A DNA stretch of 64,000 nucleotides from a virus (taxonomy: Duplodnaviria > Heunggongvirae > Uroviricota > Caudoviricetes): IMG/VR virus record IMGVR_UViG_3300045972_000219. One strand, given 5' to 3'. A model generated the notes under the pieces. That model worked only from the letters and a program-made list of their open reading frames with translations, ran no database searches and was not told the origin of the DNA. The translations under genes were made by a program, and so were the position numbers. This document shows positions 1 to 9,237 of this stretch, in pieces; within the stretch, counting starts at the first letter, position 1, and the number at the start of each line of letters is the position of its first letter.

Positions 1-9
1 TTTTTTTTT

Positions 10-465
10 TTACAATAGTCTATTTAGAGTTTTACCATTATCATTCAAAAGATAAGTTTCACAATCAGTAAATATATGATGCTTAACTCCATCCATGATA
101 CATGTAATAGCTAACATTAAACATCCATCTTTATTAGGTTCAATACTACTATCTGTAATAACTGGACCTTGCTTTGTTTCAGTATAGTATGGTGGTTCTC
201 CACGCTGAAAAAGAACAGAGTCTAAATTTCCTAAATAAATATCACTAACTGGTACAATACTATTTAGTAAACTAATCCAATTTTCTCCTTCTGGAAGGAT
301 AGAAGTTACTGGAAGTTTAGCATCTAAAGCCATTTCATCTATTCTTACAACTGTATATCCAAGTCTTCCTGCTAATAGAAATTCATTAACTGTCTCTACT
401 TCAGGTTGAGAAATACCATCAATATACTTCCAAGTATTCCATCCATTATGAAATTTCAAAATCAT
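10..465 (-). CDS. hypothetical protein (151 aa)
   Basis: Intact ORF at the left edge, divergent from the plus-strand arm. No recognisable motif. Confidence 0.45.
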   Translation of the reverse strand: MILKFHNGWNTWKYIDGISQPEVETVNEFLLAGRLGYTVVRIDEMALDAKLPVTSILPEGENWISLLNSIVPVSDIYLGNLDSVLFQRGEPPYYTETKQGPVITDSSIEPNKDGCLMLAITCIMDGVKHHIFTDCETYLLNDNGKTLNRLL

Positions 466-537
466 TGTGTGTCTCCTTTGTTTGTGTGTAAATAAGTGTA
501 TTTGTGTGTAGGTAATTTTATGTTCATTTCTTTTTTT

Positions 538-551
538 AACACATATTATAT
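538..551 (+). promoter_or_regulatory. conserved box AACACATATTATAT after a T-run (copy 1 of 4), putative phage promoter element
   Basis: Exact 14-mer repeated at 13252 and 16394 and as the variant TATACATATTATAT at 5871. Each copy lies about 30-45 nt upstream of an RBS and start codon. Confidence 0.4.
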
Positions 552-583
552 CATAGTCTTAATAACTAATAAAAGGAGGATGT

Positions 584-823
584 ATGAAATTATTTGAGAA
601 TTGTAATGAGTGTATTTACAAAGTAGATTTAAAAACAGACCGTACAAGGAATCATTGTAGACGATTTCCACCACAGTCAACAGGAATACCTGATGGAACA
701 GGTAGAGATTGTTATTGGGAGTTTCCACCTGCATATTATCGATGTGGTGAATATGTGCAAGAACTTTCTAAAGAATGTACTTGCCATAACCATCCTGATT
801 ATTGTGAAAAACATGCAGCATAA
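584..823 (+). CDS. Cys-rich small protein (79 aa)
   Basis: RBS AAAGGAGGATGTATG. Multiple Cys/His residues, possibly zinc-binding. Confidence 0.55.
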   Translation: MKLFENCNECIYKVDLKTDRTRNHCRRFPPQSTGIPDGTGRDCYWEFPPAYYRCGEYVQELSKECTCHNHPDYCEKHAA

Positions 824-833
824 GGAGATTGAA

Positions 834-1037
834 ATGGAAATATTAGTAATCAATCTTAGTGCTATACCTTGGGTGAATGAAAAAATGGATGAAATTAAAA
901 GACGTATTAAACAGGAAGGAATTAATCCTAAGAATATTATAAATATTCAATATGAAAGATATAATGATTATCACAGTTCATGTATTATATTTTATCGAAT
1001 AGAGGAGAATAGAAATGAGTATAGTAGCAACGATTAA
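834..1037 (+). CDS. hypothetical protein (about 67 aa; internal start of track ORF 693..1037)
   Basis: ATG preceded by AAGGAGATTGAA. The upstream part of the track ORF overlaps the previous gene. Confidence 0.4.
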   Translation: MEILVINLSAIPWVNEKMDEIKRRIKQEGINPKNIINIQYERYNDYHSSCIIFYRIEENRNEYSSND

Positions 1038-1203
1038 TATTCAAGTAGAAATTCAAACAGGTGATGATGGAGAACCTTTAATGGGAAGAGAAGAGCTTCA
1101 GATTGCTCTTCAAACAACTGTTAGTGAGTTCGAAGATATTCTTAATCGTAAACCTTTTACTGCAGGTATTTATGATACCAATTTTGATGTGGAGGAGGAA
1201 TAA
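1015..1203 (+). CDS. hypothetical acidic protein (62 aa)
   Basis: RBS AGAGGAGAATAGAAATG. Confidence 0.5.
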   Translation: MSIVATINIQVEIQTGDDGEPLMGREELQIALQTTVSEFEDILNRKPFTAGIYDTNFDVEEE

Positions 1204-1206
1204 CAA

Positions 1207-1383
1207 ATGCCAAGTATGACACTTAAAGCCACACCAACTAGTACTATTCAGGTAAGGACAAAAGAATATATTGATACACTTGCAGATAATACAAACTCAA
1301 TGCCTGAAAGACTAAATGCATCTACTCAGGCAAGACTTCTTATTAATGAGATGGTAAGAAGAGCCAAAATGCAGGGAGACTGA
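1207..1383 (+). CDS. hypothetical protein (58 aa, below track threshold)
   Basis: ATG immediately after the previous stop; in-frame ORF to TGA at 1381-1383. Confidence 0.35.
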   Translation: MPSMTLKATPTSTIQVRTKEYIDTLADNTNSMPERLNASTQARLLINEMVRRAKMQGD

Positions 1384-1385
1384 AC

Positions 1386-1601
1386 ATGAATATTACTAAA
1401 GAGCAAGTAAAAGAAGAATTAGAAAAGATTCTTGCAATGTCCGATGAAGAATTTGCAATATGGAATGATGCCAGATCAACCATTCAAGAAGGTATTGGAG
1501 ATTGTATGAATCATGGGTATATGGATGGTGAAATCTGTCAACTCAATGATTTAAAGGTCACATTAGCAACGTTTATCATATTCTATGATAATGAGGAGTA
1601 A
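1386..1601 (+). CDS. hypothetical protein (71 aa)
   Basis: Tightly coupled to the previous ORF. Confidence 0.5.
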   Translation: MNITKEQVKEELEKILAMSDEEFAIWNDARSTIQEGIGDCMNHGYMDGEICQLNDLKVTLATFIIFYDNEE

Positions 1602-1759
1602 TAAATGAGAGTATGGGTATGTATGTCAGGAGCAGTATCCAGTTCAAAGGTGGTGCATTTATCATTTATCAGAGAGAATTCCCCCGACCAACAAAAGGTT
1701 AAATATTTAGATATTAAATATATAGTAAACAGATCAATATCTAAATAAAAGGAGTAATT

Positions 1760-4216
1760 ATGTCAGTAAAAGTAACAGACTTCTGCGATGTAATGTCTGA
1801 TAGCTTTTTGAAGTATGCATTCAGTGTAGTTATCGGACGTTCAATTCCTGATTTTAGAGATGGCTTAAAGCCAGTACATCGTAGAGTGCTTCAATCATGT
1901 AATGTTGAAGGGATACGTAGTACTTCGCCATGTAAGAAAGCTGCACGACTTGTAGGTGCATGTCTTGGTAGATTTCACCCACATGGAGATGCATCTGTAT
2001 ATGATGCAGCTATTCGTTTAGCTCAACCATGGAAAATGAATGTACCTCTTATGGATTCACAAGGTAATATAGGGTCTATTCATGGAGACAGCTCTGCGGC
2101 GATGAGATATGTGGAGATGCGATCAGCTGCAGTGTGTGAGTATATCTTTAAAGATCTTAAGAAAGAAACTGTACCTTGGTCTCCTACTTATGATTCTTCA
2201 GATGTTGAACCCATGCTGCTCCCTATCCATTTCCCTAATCTCCTGATCAATGGTGCATCAGGTATGGCAGTAGGATATGCAACAGATATTCCTCCTCATA
2301 ATCCGAAGGAGGCTATTGATGCATGTCTACTCTTACTGAAGAAACCTGACGCTACTTTAGATGAAGTAATGAAGGTTATTCCCTCACCAGATTTTCCAAC
2401 AGGAGGACTAATTATTAATCCTTCTGAAATACGTAATGCCTATGCCACTGGTAAAGGTAATCTCCGTGTGAGAGCACCTTATGAAGTGAAAGATCGTAGT
2501 AGAGGTGCATCAAGTATTATTTATAAGACAATCCCATATGGTACATCTACAGATAAGATACGTGAGAAGGTTGCTGAATTAGCAAAGGATAAACGTATTC
2601 AAGTTACTGACTGTAGGGATGAGTCTGATAAGAAAAATTATAGACTCGTTGTAGATGTACCTAATGGTGTATCGCCTGAAACAACTGCAGCATTATTGTA
2701 TCAGCTCACTCCATTGGAATCAACTGTTAAGATTAATCTTAATGGTATTATCAATGATGGAATTAAGCAAGTAGGTATTATTGAAATGCTTAATATCTTT
2801 CTTGAGTTCCGTAGAGGAGTAGTAATTAATCGTACATCATATGAACTCCGTGAGTTTAAATCACGAAAGCATATTGTTGAAGGATTAATCAAGTCATGTA
2901 AAGGTATTGATGAAGTTATCAAGATTGTACGTGCTGCTGAATCAAAGGATGCTGCATCAGTTAAACTTCAAGAGAAGTTTGAATTAACTGAAAGGCAAGC
3001 TGAAGCAGTTCTTGCAATGCGTATCAGTCAGCTGACTAAGCTGAATATCAATCAGTTGAAGGAAGAGAATACCAGTCTTGAGTCTTCAATTAATCAACGT
3101 ATTGATATTTTAAAGACAAAAGAGTATGTAGATGATATCATTTCAGATGAATTGAAAGCTGCATCTAATTCTCTTAAACGTCTTAGACTTACTGAAGTAT
3201 CTTCAGTAGACGTTAAGAAGACTGTTGGTGATGAAGCGTTAGCTGTAACTATTGTTGAAGAAGATGTTGTTATTACAATATCCACACAGGGTTATCTGAA
3301 GCGTATTCCTCAATCAGCATTTACATCACAGGGTCGTGGTGGTAAAGGTCGTAAAGGAATGAAGGCAAGAAAAGATGATATGATTGAGAGGATTCTACAG
3401 TGTTCTTCTCATGATGACTTACTATTATTCACTGATACAGGACGTGTCTTTAGTTCTAAGGCATTCCGTATCCCTGAGTCTACTCCTGATAAAGTAGGTT
3501 CACATGCATCAGCTTTCCTTGCTATGAAAGATGGGGAGAAAGTAGTTGAAGTAATTCCTGTTAAGAAGCTTGGAAAGAAAGATTCAGTCATTATTTGTAC
3601 TGCAAATAATAAGATTAAGAGAACTGCAGCAGAGGAATATACTGATATTCGTCCTTCCGGTGTTATTGCAATTAAGCTAGAAGATAAGGATAAGATTCTT
3701 TCTGCATTTGTCGGAAGGGATGCTGATGAAGTATTTGTAGGTACTAGTGAAGGTAAGAGTTTACGATTTCCTGTAGCAAATATTAATCCAACTAATCGTA
3801 CTACGATGGGCGTAATGGCAATTAATGTAGCTAAAGGTGAAAAGATTGTAAACTGTACAATAGTACCTAAAAAGACTACATGTCAAGTCATAGCAATATC
3901 CAATGAAGGCAATGGTAAGAAAATGGATATTGAAGATTTCCCAACTGCTTCTCGTGGTTGTAAGGGTGTTCTCGCTATGTCCCGTAGACCAAATACTAAG
4001 ATGGTTTATCTCGGTACTGCTTCCGATGAAGATAAAGGTTTAATTATCACAACATCAGAAGGAATTTGTATCAGAATTCGCCTTGAAGATGTTGCATCTT
4101 TAAAACGTGTGACTAAAGGTAGTCGTCTCATTAGACTTACTGAAGGTGACTCTATTATGTCAGTTACTACAACAACTGACGAAATAGAGACAGATGTTGA
4201 GGAAGGTGAAGAATGA
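1760..4216 (+). CDS. gyrA: DNA gyrase subunit A (type IIA topoisomerase A subunit), full length with C-terminal beta-pinwheel domain
   Basis: N-terminal region GRSIPDFRDGLKPVHRRVL...HPHGDASVYDA is the canonical GyrA/ParC breakage-reunion domain with the catalytic Tyr region. QGRGGKGRKG matches the GyrA-box (QRRGGKG) that distinguishes GyrA from ParC. RBS AAAAGGAGTAATTATG. Confidence 0.88.
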   Translation: MSVKVTDFCDVMSDSFLKYAFSVVIGRSIPDFRDGLKPVHRRVLQSCNVEGIRSTSPCKKAARLVGACLGRFHPHGDASVYDAAIRLAQPWKMNVPLMDSQGNIGSIHGDSSAAMRYVEMRSAAVCEYIFKDLKKETVPWSPTYDSSDVEPMLLPIHFPNLLINGASGMAVGYATDIPPHNPKEAIDACLLLLKKPDATLDEVMKVIPSPDFPTGGLIINPSEIRNAYATGKGNLRVRAPYEVKDRSRGASSIIYKTIPYGTSTDKIREKVAELAKDKRIQVTDCRDESDKKNYRLVVDVPNGVSPETTAALLYQLTPLESTVKINLNGIINDGIKQVGIIEMLNIFLEFRRGVVINRTSYELREFKSRKHIVEGLIKSCKGIDEVIKIVRAAESKDAASVKLQEKFELTERQAEAVLAMRISQLTKLNINQLKEENTSLESSINQRIDILKTKEYVDDIISDELKAASNSLKRLRLTEVSSVDVKKTVGDEALAVTIVEEDVVITISTQGYLKRIPQSAFTSQGRGGKGRKGMKARKDDMIERILQCSSHDDLLLFTDTGRVFSSKAFRIPESTPDKVGSHASAFLAMKDGEKVVEVIPVKKLGKKDSVIICTANNKIKRTAAEEYTDIRPSGVIAIKLEDKDKILSAFVGRDADEVFVGTSEGKSLRFPVANINPTNRTTMGVMAINVAKGEKIVNCTIVPKKTTCQVIAISNEGNGKKMDIEDFPTASRGCKGVLAMSRRPNTKMVYLGTASDEDKGLIITTSEGICIRIRLEDVASLKRVTKGSRLIRLTEGDSIMSVTTTTDEIETDVEEGEE

Positions 4217-4319
4217 GATTTAAGGAATTTGTAATGAGCAATCTTGGAGCATTTACGCTACTATCCTTCCTTCTCGGAGGGGTAGTAGCACTCTTTATAA
4301 TTATCAAAGTGGGGGTAAT

Positions 4320-4574
4320 ATGAGACACAGATTAACACAGATCATATTCAGAAGATCAACATCTCTTGAGTGGTATACTGCAAATACTATTTTAGATGAA
4401 CTTGAGATAGCAAGAGAAACTGATACTGATAAATTTAAAATTGGAGACGGTAAGACAGAATGGAACTACTTACCGTATTCAACTACTCTACCTGAAAAGA
4501 TTTATATGTATGCTGGATGTAAGGCACCTAGTAAACAAGAATATATCGATTTAGTTCAGAATTTCAATATATAG
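4320..4574 (+). CDS. hypothetical protein (84 aa)
   Basis: ORF track. A 29-aa hydrophobic mini-ORF (about 4234-4323) precedes it. Confidence 0.45.
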   Translation: MRHRLTQIIFRRSTSLEWYTANTILDELEIARETDTDKFKIGDGKTEWNYLPYSTTLPEKIYMYAGCKAPSKQEYIDLVQNFNI

Positions 4575-4594
4575 TATATTAAAAGGAGTTATTA

Positions 4595-4795
4595 ATGTTA
4601 AAGAAGATGTGGTTTATTGCATTTTGGTTAATCTTTAATATATCTGGATTATCAGGTATATTTATGGGGCTTAATTCACCTAGTACTATTAATGTTTTAA
4701 TGTCAGTTATCGCTATACTAACATTAGTTACAATTAATACACTAATCTATCGTGCAGTCAAAAACAAAAAGGAGAAATTGAATGAGAATGTTTAA
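4595..4795 (+). CDS. small membrane protein (66 aa, 2 TM)
   Basis: RBS AAAAGGAGTTATTAATG; two hydrophobic helices. Confidence 0.5.
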   Translation: MLKKMWFIAFWLIFNISGLSGIFMGLNSPSTINVLMSVIAILTLVTINTLIYRAVKNKKEKLNENV

Positions 4796-5636
4796 ATTTG
4801 TCGTGTTGGTCGTGGTATTGGGGATGCTTACTGGATGTATGACAACTATTGAACCTGGTCATACTGGTATTAAAATCAACAAAGTAGGAGATAACCGTGG
4901 TGTCTCGAAAGAGAATCTTGTATCTGGATGGGTATTTTACTTCCCAATTACTACTAAAATTGTCGAATATCCTACATTCAATCAGCGTGTTGCCTGGACT
5001 GCCAATAAGAATGAAGGAAGCCCTACAAATGAAGAGCTTAGCTTTCAAACAAAAGACAACGTCCCTGTTACGATGGACGTTGCGGTAAACTATACCTTAC
5101 TTGAAGCCAAAGTACCTGAGTTCTATACTAAATTCCGTGCCGATAAGATCAGTTATTTTACTCATGGATTCCTTCGAGATCAGGCACGTAATGCAGTAAC
5201 TCAAATAGGTAGTGAATACTTGTTTGATGAGGTTAATGGGAGTAAGAAAGAAGAATTTCTTACTAAAGTTAATCAGTATCTAGCTAAATCAGTCACAGAA
5301 TTTGGTGTGGTTATTGCAGCTAATGGAGTGTCACTTATAGGTGCAATGCGACCACCTGAGAATCTTCGTAATGCAATCAATGCGAGGGTTCAAGCTATTC
5401 AAGAATCAATGAAAGCAGAAAATGAACTACGTACGTATAAGGCTAATGCTGCAAAGGCAGTAGCTCAAGCTGAAGGTGAAGCTGCATCTATGAGAGCTAA
5501 ATCAGCTTCAATTACACCTCAGTTTATGGAATTGAAGAAGCTTGAAATTGAAGAAGAGCGTATTAAGAAGTGGAATGGAGTTCTACCAGTTACTATGCTT
5601 GGTGGGAATTCTTCTACTTTATTACAGCTTAAGTAA
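4782..5636 (+). CDS. SPFH/band-7 (prohibitin/HflC-like) domain lipoprotein
   Basis: Signal peptide with lipobox LTGC. Central region (NVPVTMDVAVNYTL...ARNAVTQIGSEY...) plus an Ala/Glu-rich coiled coil is typical of SPFH proteins. RBS AAGGAGAAATTGAATG. Confidence 0.7.
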   Translation: MRMFKFVVLVVVLGMLTGCMTTIEPGHTGIKINKVGDNRGVSKENLVSGWVFYFPITTKIVEYPTFNQRVAWTANKNEGSPTNEELSFQTKDNVPVTMDVAVNYTLLEAKVPEFYTKFRADKISYFTHGFLRDQARNAVTQIGSEYLFDEVNGSKKEEFLTKVNQYLAKSVTEFGVVIAANGVSLIGAMRPPENLRNAINARVQAIQESMKAENELRTYKANAAKAVAQAEGEAASMRAKSASITPQFMELKKLEIEEERIKKWNGVLPVTMLGGNSSTLLQLK

Positions 5637-5831
5637 TGTAGCCCAAGGACTCTTACGGTGTGTTAGATTCCAGCGGGGTATAATGGAGTGATAGTTAACA
5701 ACTATCTATGATGGGTATGCGGATAGTATACTAATGTCATAAATCTATCCATGACGCTTTGAGGACGCTCTTAGCCTATCTGGTCTTTCCTGCATTATGT
5801 CGTCTACGTGAGAGTTGGTATAAGCTACATA

Positions 5832-5871
5832 AAGTCCACCATCCTTTTTGGGTGGTGGACTTTCTTTTTTT
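5832..5871 (+). terminator. rho-independent terminator (AAGTCCACCATCC / GGTGGTGGACTT hairpin plus T-run)
   Basis: GC-rich hairpin followed by TTTCTTTTTTT. Lies inside the N-terminal extension of track ORF 5808..6317, which is therefore not coding. Confidence 0.6.
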
Positions 5872-5884
5872 ATACATATTATAT
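5871..5884 (+). promoter_or_regulatory. TATACATATTATAT box (copy 2, variant) directly after the terminator
   Basis: Same terminator-box-RBS arrangement as at 538, 13252 and 16394. Confidence 0.4.
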
Positions 5885-5909
5885 TCTTACTAAACTTAAA
5901 GGAGACTAT

Positions 5910-6317
5910 ATGAAAATGAAGATTTCGAGAGAGTTGTTTGATATATGGAAAGTAGATTATGATAAAGCTGCAATTATTTCAAGAGAAAAATTACTTCCAG
6001 CTATTGACCTTATGAAAACAATTTTAGAAAGAAATTTTCCAATACAAGAGATTATTTTATCTCTTGTTGAAAAAGATCCCGATCATTGGTATACTGGCAT
6101 TGTAAATGTAAATAGTGAGAGAGCACAAGTCCCTATGAGCTTTCATAGTCTAGGTGGAGGAATGTATCTTCGTAATCTTTTAAGAGATAATGGATTTGAT
6201 GATGATTATTTTGGAGTAGGATTAGATTATGTATATGTTGGAATTATTGAGGAAGCTCTCTTTCAGAAGCGTATTACTAAAGATGGAATAGATGATATAT
6301 ACATAGTGGAGGAATAG
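5910..6317 (+). CDS. hypothetical protein (about 135 aa); paralog of minus-arm ORF 44108..44686
   Basis: Start at internal ATG with RBS AAAGGAGACTATATG. C-terminal DDDYFGVGLDYVYVGIIEEALF resembles DSSYFGIELDYVIFGLIEEAIL in 44108..44686. Confidence 0.55.
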   Translation: MKMKISRELFDIWKVDYDKAAIISREKLLPAIDLMKTILERNFPIQEIILSLVEKDPDHWYTGIVNVNSERAQVPMSFHSLGGGMYLRNLLRDNGFDDDYFGVGLDYVYVGIIEEALFQKRITKDGIDDIYIVEE

Positions 6318-6318
6318 C

Positions 6319-6963
6319 ATGTATTTAATTATTTTTACAGATGAGATCTATTGGACTAATGAGATTACAGATGAAGACAAAATTGATGCTAAAGATGCAA
6401 CTTGGTGTCGTATTGTAGATTGTAAAACAAAGAAATATTGGCAGGATGGTCAATGGCATGATGTGATGGAAAGTGTTGTTGATAATATTGAAGGTGATGC
6501 AGATGACGATAACCATGCAGATAACTATGATAAAGAAATAGCTATTAAAGCTATAATTAAATTTACAGAGGAACAGAATAAAATATCTAATGATACAATT
6601 ACAGTTACTAGACCAGTAGGTATGCGTGAAAATGATCCAGTTATATGTAGTTGGTCTAATACTAATGGTTTTGGTTTTGCTAAGTTTGATGCAAGAATTC
6701 CAGGAACTAATGATGTTAAGATTCCAGAAGATGTGAAATTAGACACATTAGAAGTATTTATTAATGGTTTATCAATGCAATTTGGATTTGATTATATTTT
6801 ATCAGATACATCAATTATATTTGATAAAACTAACAGTATAGATGCAACTACATCAGTTAATTTGAGATGGCTAAGTGAATCTATAGTCTATGGTGGAAAT
6901 ACAATAATTATGGATGAATCAAATAAAATAACTATGGAGGAATCAAATGGTGAAAAGAAGTAA
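6319..6963 (+). CDS. hypothetical protein (214 aa)
   Basis: ORF track; start overlaps the previous stop. Confidence 0.55.
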   Translation: MYLIIFTDEIYWTNEITDEDKIDAKDATWCRIVDCKTKKYWQDGQWHDVMESVVDNIEGDADDDNHADNYDKEIAIKAIIKFTEEQNKISNDTITVTRPVGMRENDPVICSWSNTNGFGFAKFDARIPGTNDVKIPEDVKLDTLEVFINGLSMQFGFDYILSDTSIIFDKTNSIDATTSVNLRWLSESIVYGGNTIIMDESNKITMEESNGEKK

Positions 6964-7117
6964 TAAACAAATTCAAGATGATTTTAATAAAATACTAATT
7001 CAGACAGTGATTAATAATCCGCCTAAGAATTTCAATAGTGACTACTTTATGCTATTAGTTCTTTCAGGTCGTACTGATGAAGCTTCAGCTTATTTACAAA
7101 ATTTACAAGTATCATAA
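6947..7117 (+). CDS. hypothetical protein (56 aa)
   Basis: RBS GGAGGAATCAAATG overlapping the end of the previous gene. Confidence 0.35.
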   Translation: MVKRSNKQIQDDFNKILIQTVINNPPKNFNSDYFMLLVLSGRTDEASAYLQNLQVS

Positions 7118-7140
7118 CACTACTTATAAAGGAGTTTAAA

Positions 7141-7380
7141 ATGACAAAATCACAAATTCTTGAAGCCGTATTACAAGCAATTCCATATCCAGATCAGATT
7201 AAAGATATTGATATGGAGTCTAGAACTAGTAGTGTAAAATTTGCATGGCGTGGAGATGTATTCGTAGTTGGAGATACTCTAAATGTAGATTGTTTAGAAG
7301 ATGGATGTCTATGTGGAAACAACATATCTATCATATTTAGAGAACTTCTGAAGAAAACTAAATTTATTAGGGAGCTTTGA
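7141..7380 (+). CDS. hypothetical protein (79 aa)
   Basis: RBS AAAGGAGTTTAAAATG. Confidence 0.5.
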   Translation: MTKSQILEAVLQAIPYPDQIKDIDMESRTSSVKFAWRGDVFVVGDTLNVDCLEDGCLCGNNISIIFRELLKKTKFIREL

Positions 7381-7384
7381 TACA

Positions 7385-7561
7385 ATGAATAGACGTCGAT
7401 TCAGGATGGTTCCTCCAGATGTTAGGTATATGGACTGTATTAAATGTGATAAAAAAGTAGACTTCAAATTAGTTAAAGCTGAACCTAATGATCTTACTTT
7501 ATATTCAGTATCATCTTACTATAAATGTACTGAATGTGGACATTTAATACTAATTATTTAA
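7385..7561 (+). CDS. zinc-ribbon protein (58 aa, CxxC...CxxC)
   Basis: CIKCDK ... CTECGH motifs. Confidence 0.4.
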   Translation: MNRRRFRMVPPDVRYMDCIKCDKKVDFKLVKAEPNDLTLYSVSSYYKCTECGHLILII

Positions 7562-7571
7562 GGAGAATATA

Positions 7572-7757
7572 ATGCAAGTAACTGTACGATGTCCACTTTG
7601 TGGAAAAGATACTTTATTCAATATAAGTACAGCAAGAGTAATGTCCACCCCAGTATTAACTATCGATGATCAAGCTCCATTTGACTTTACTGAGACTGAT
7701 TGTCCTCATTGTAAAAAAGAACTTAGTGTACAATTAACAGTTGAATTATTTGAATAA
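7572..7757 (+). CDS. zinc-ribbon protein (61 aa)
   Basis: CPLCG ... CPHCK. RBS AAGGAGAATATAATG. Confidence 0.5.
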   Translation: MQVTVRCPLCGKDTLFNISTARVMSTPVLTIDDQAPFDFTETDCPHCKKELSVQLTVELFE

Positions 7758-7769
7758 AAGGAGAATATA

Positions 7770-7976
7770 ATGGCTAAAGGTGAGATTAAAGATTATACTC
7801 ACAGACCAAATGTTCAAAAGTTCCTTCCTTGGTGGAGGGAATTCATCCAAAAGAATAATATTCCTAAAGGATCAGGTTTAGAAAAAGCTTTAGTTATTCT
7901 TAAAAAGGGTAAGACAAAATTCCTTGATAGAAAGGATAGAGTTGGTCTTATGCAAGCTCTATCAGATGAAGCTTGA
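7770..7976 (+). CDS. hypothetical protein (68 aa)
   Basis: RBS AAAGGAGAATATAATG. Confidence 0.5.
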   Translation: MAKGEIKDYTHRPNVQKFLPWWREFIQKNNIPKGSGLEKALVILKKGKTKFLDRKDRVGLMQALSDEA

Positions 7977-8302
7977 TGAGAAGTATATTACGGTGTCCTA
8001 AACATCAGATATCTTTTAAAGGAAATGAGTGCTGTCCGAAGTGTTACCCTGATGCAAATAATCATCCTAAAATAAATATAGAGAGGATACATATTATGAA
8101 ATGTCCACATTGCGGATTTAATGATGGTAGAGGAGAAAAGAGTTATTATAAGATAAAAGCTAAGGGAACTAGAGTAGTTAATATACCTCCTGAAACTCAG
8201 TCTGTAGATATTTTTGGATGCCCAAGTTGTCTTAAACTATTTATAAAAGTAGATGGACAAGGAGAGGCTATATGCCAGTCAATGCAACAGGAACAAGCGT
8301 AG
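7973..8302 (+). CDS. multi-zinc-ribbon protein (109 aa)
   Basis: CPKH..CCPKC, CPHCG, CPSC motifs. Confidence 0.5.
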   Translation: MMRSILRCPKHQISFKGNECCPKCYPDANNHPKINIERIHIMKCPHCGFNDGRGEKSYYKIKAKGTRVVNIPPETQSVDIFGCPSCLKLFIKVDGQGEAICQSMQQEQA

Positions 8303-9237
8303 TATTTTCTAGCGGTAATGTTAATAATGGTTATTGGATCCAATCATCCGAGTACACATCTTCATCTGGAACTGGCGTGAATATTATTAGCCATCCTATG
8401 ACTAGTGTAAGCTTTAATCAGAGTGATGACGATGATGAATCAGGTCTTAAACCAACAAAGGGTATTCACCCTAAATTGATATTTAAGTATACTAAGTCTA
8501 GACTTACAAAGCCTGATTTAGATACACTTAAACAGAATTTATCTAAGCTCCGACCTATGATTGTATCAGCTGATATAATGGGTCAACGTGTTTTGTTCGA
8601 AGAGTTATCACAGCAGTTAGCAGTGTGTGTAAAAGAACAAGAAGCTCTAGCTATTGGATGCGGTCATCGCCTTCCAAGAGAACTTGCAAAGAAATATACT
8701 GATAAATGTCGAGATAAGGTTATTCGCTTCGAACCTCTTGAAAAATTCCCTAGAATGATTCCTGAGAGAGTAAGAAATAAGATAATTGAAATCAAAGCAA
8801 CAGATGTATTTGATGAATATTGGGTGTTATTTATTGATGAGTCTAAACAAAAGCTTCAGTCTAATAAGGATAAGATCAAAGAAAAAGATCCTATCTTATT
8901 TGGATGCTTTAAGTTCAATCCTGAGACATTATATTATATCACAGATTGGATTGATGAGTACTGTGATTTAACAATGTCTAAATTAGTAGGTGAAATCAAA
9001 ATTGACGATCCTGAATTTGCATTAGATAGAGTTCCTGATGTAGATCAGAAGTACGTTGATGAGATTGTTGCTGCAGTTAGGGAAAGAGCAAGAAGACTTG
9101 AAATGACTAAAGCTTCTAACTATAAAGAACTTATGGTCGAAGAAGACCGAGTTAAGAAAGAGAAAGAAGTAGCTGAAAACACTATAGGTAAACGTGTCAG
9201 AGATGCATTTGGTCGTTTTATGAAAAGGGGTAAATAA
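8272..9237 (+). CDS. hypothetical protein (321 aa)
   Basis: ORF track; no recognisable motif. Confidence 0.55.
   Translation: MPVNATGTSVVFSSGNVNNGYWIQSSEYTSSSGTGVNIISHPMTSVSFNQSDDDDESGLKPTKGIHPKLIFKYTKSRLTKPDLDTLKQNLSKLRPMIVSADIMGQRVLFEELSQQLAVCVKEQEALAIGCGHRLPRELAKKYTDKCRDKVIRFEPLEKFPRMIPERVRNKIIEIKATDVFDEYWVLFIDESKQKLQSNKDKIKEKDPILFGCFKFNPETLYYITDWIDEYCDLTMSKLVGEIKIDDPEFALDRVPDVDQKYVDEIVAAVRERARRLEMTKASNYKELMVEEDRVKKEKEVAENTIGKRVRDAFGRFMKRGK

Noticed and set aside
2701-3591. Three minus-strand ORFs (2701..2922, 3094..3285, 3409..3591) antisense to gyrA
   Set aside because: They are fully embedded antisense within a well-supported conserved gene, with low-complexity translation. These are shadow ORFs.
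5808-5909. N-terminal extension of track ORF 5808..6317
   Set aside because: The extension contains a terminator hairpin plus T-run and the promoter box. The real start is the internal ATG at 5910 with an RBS.
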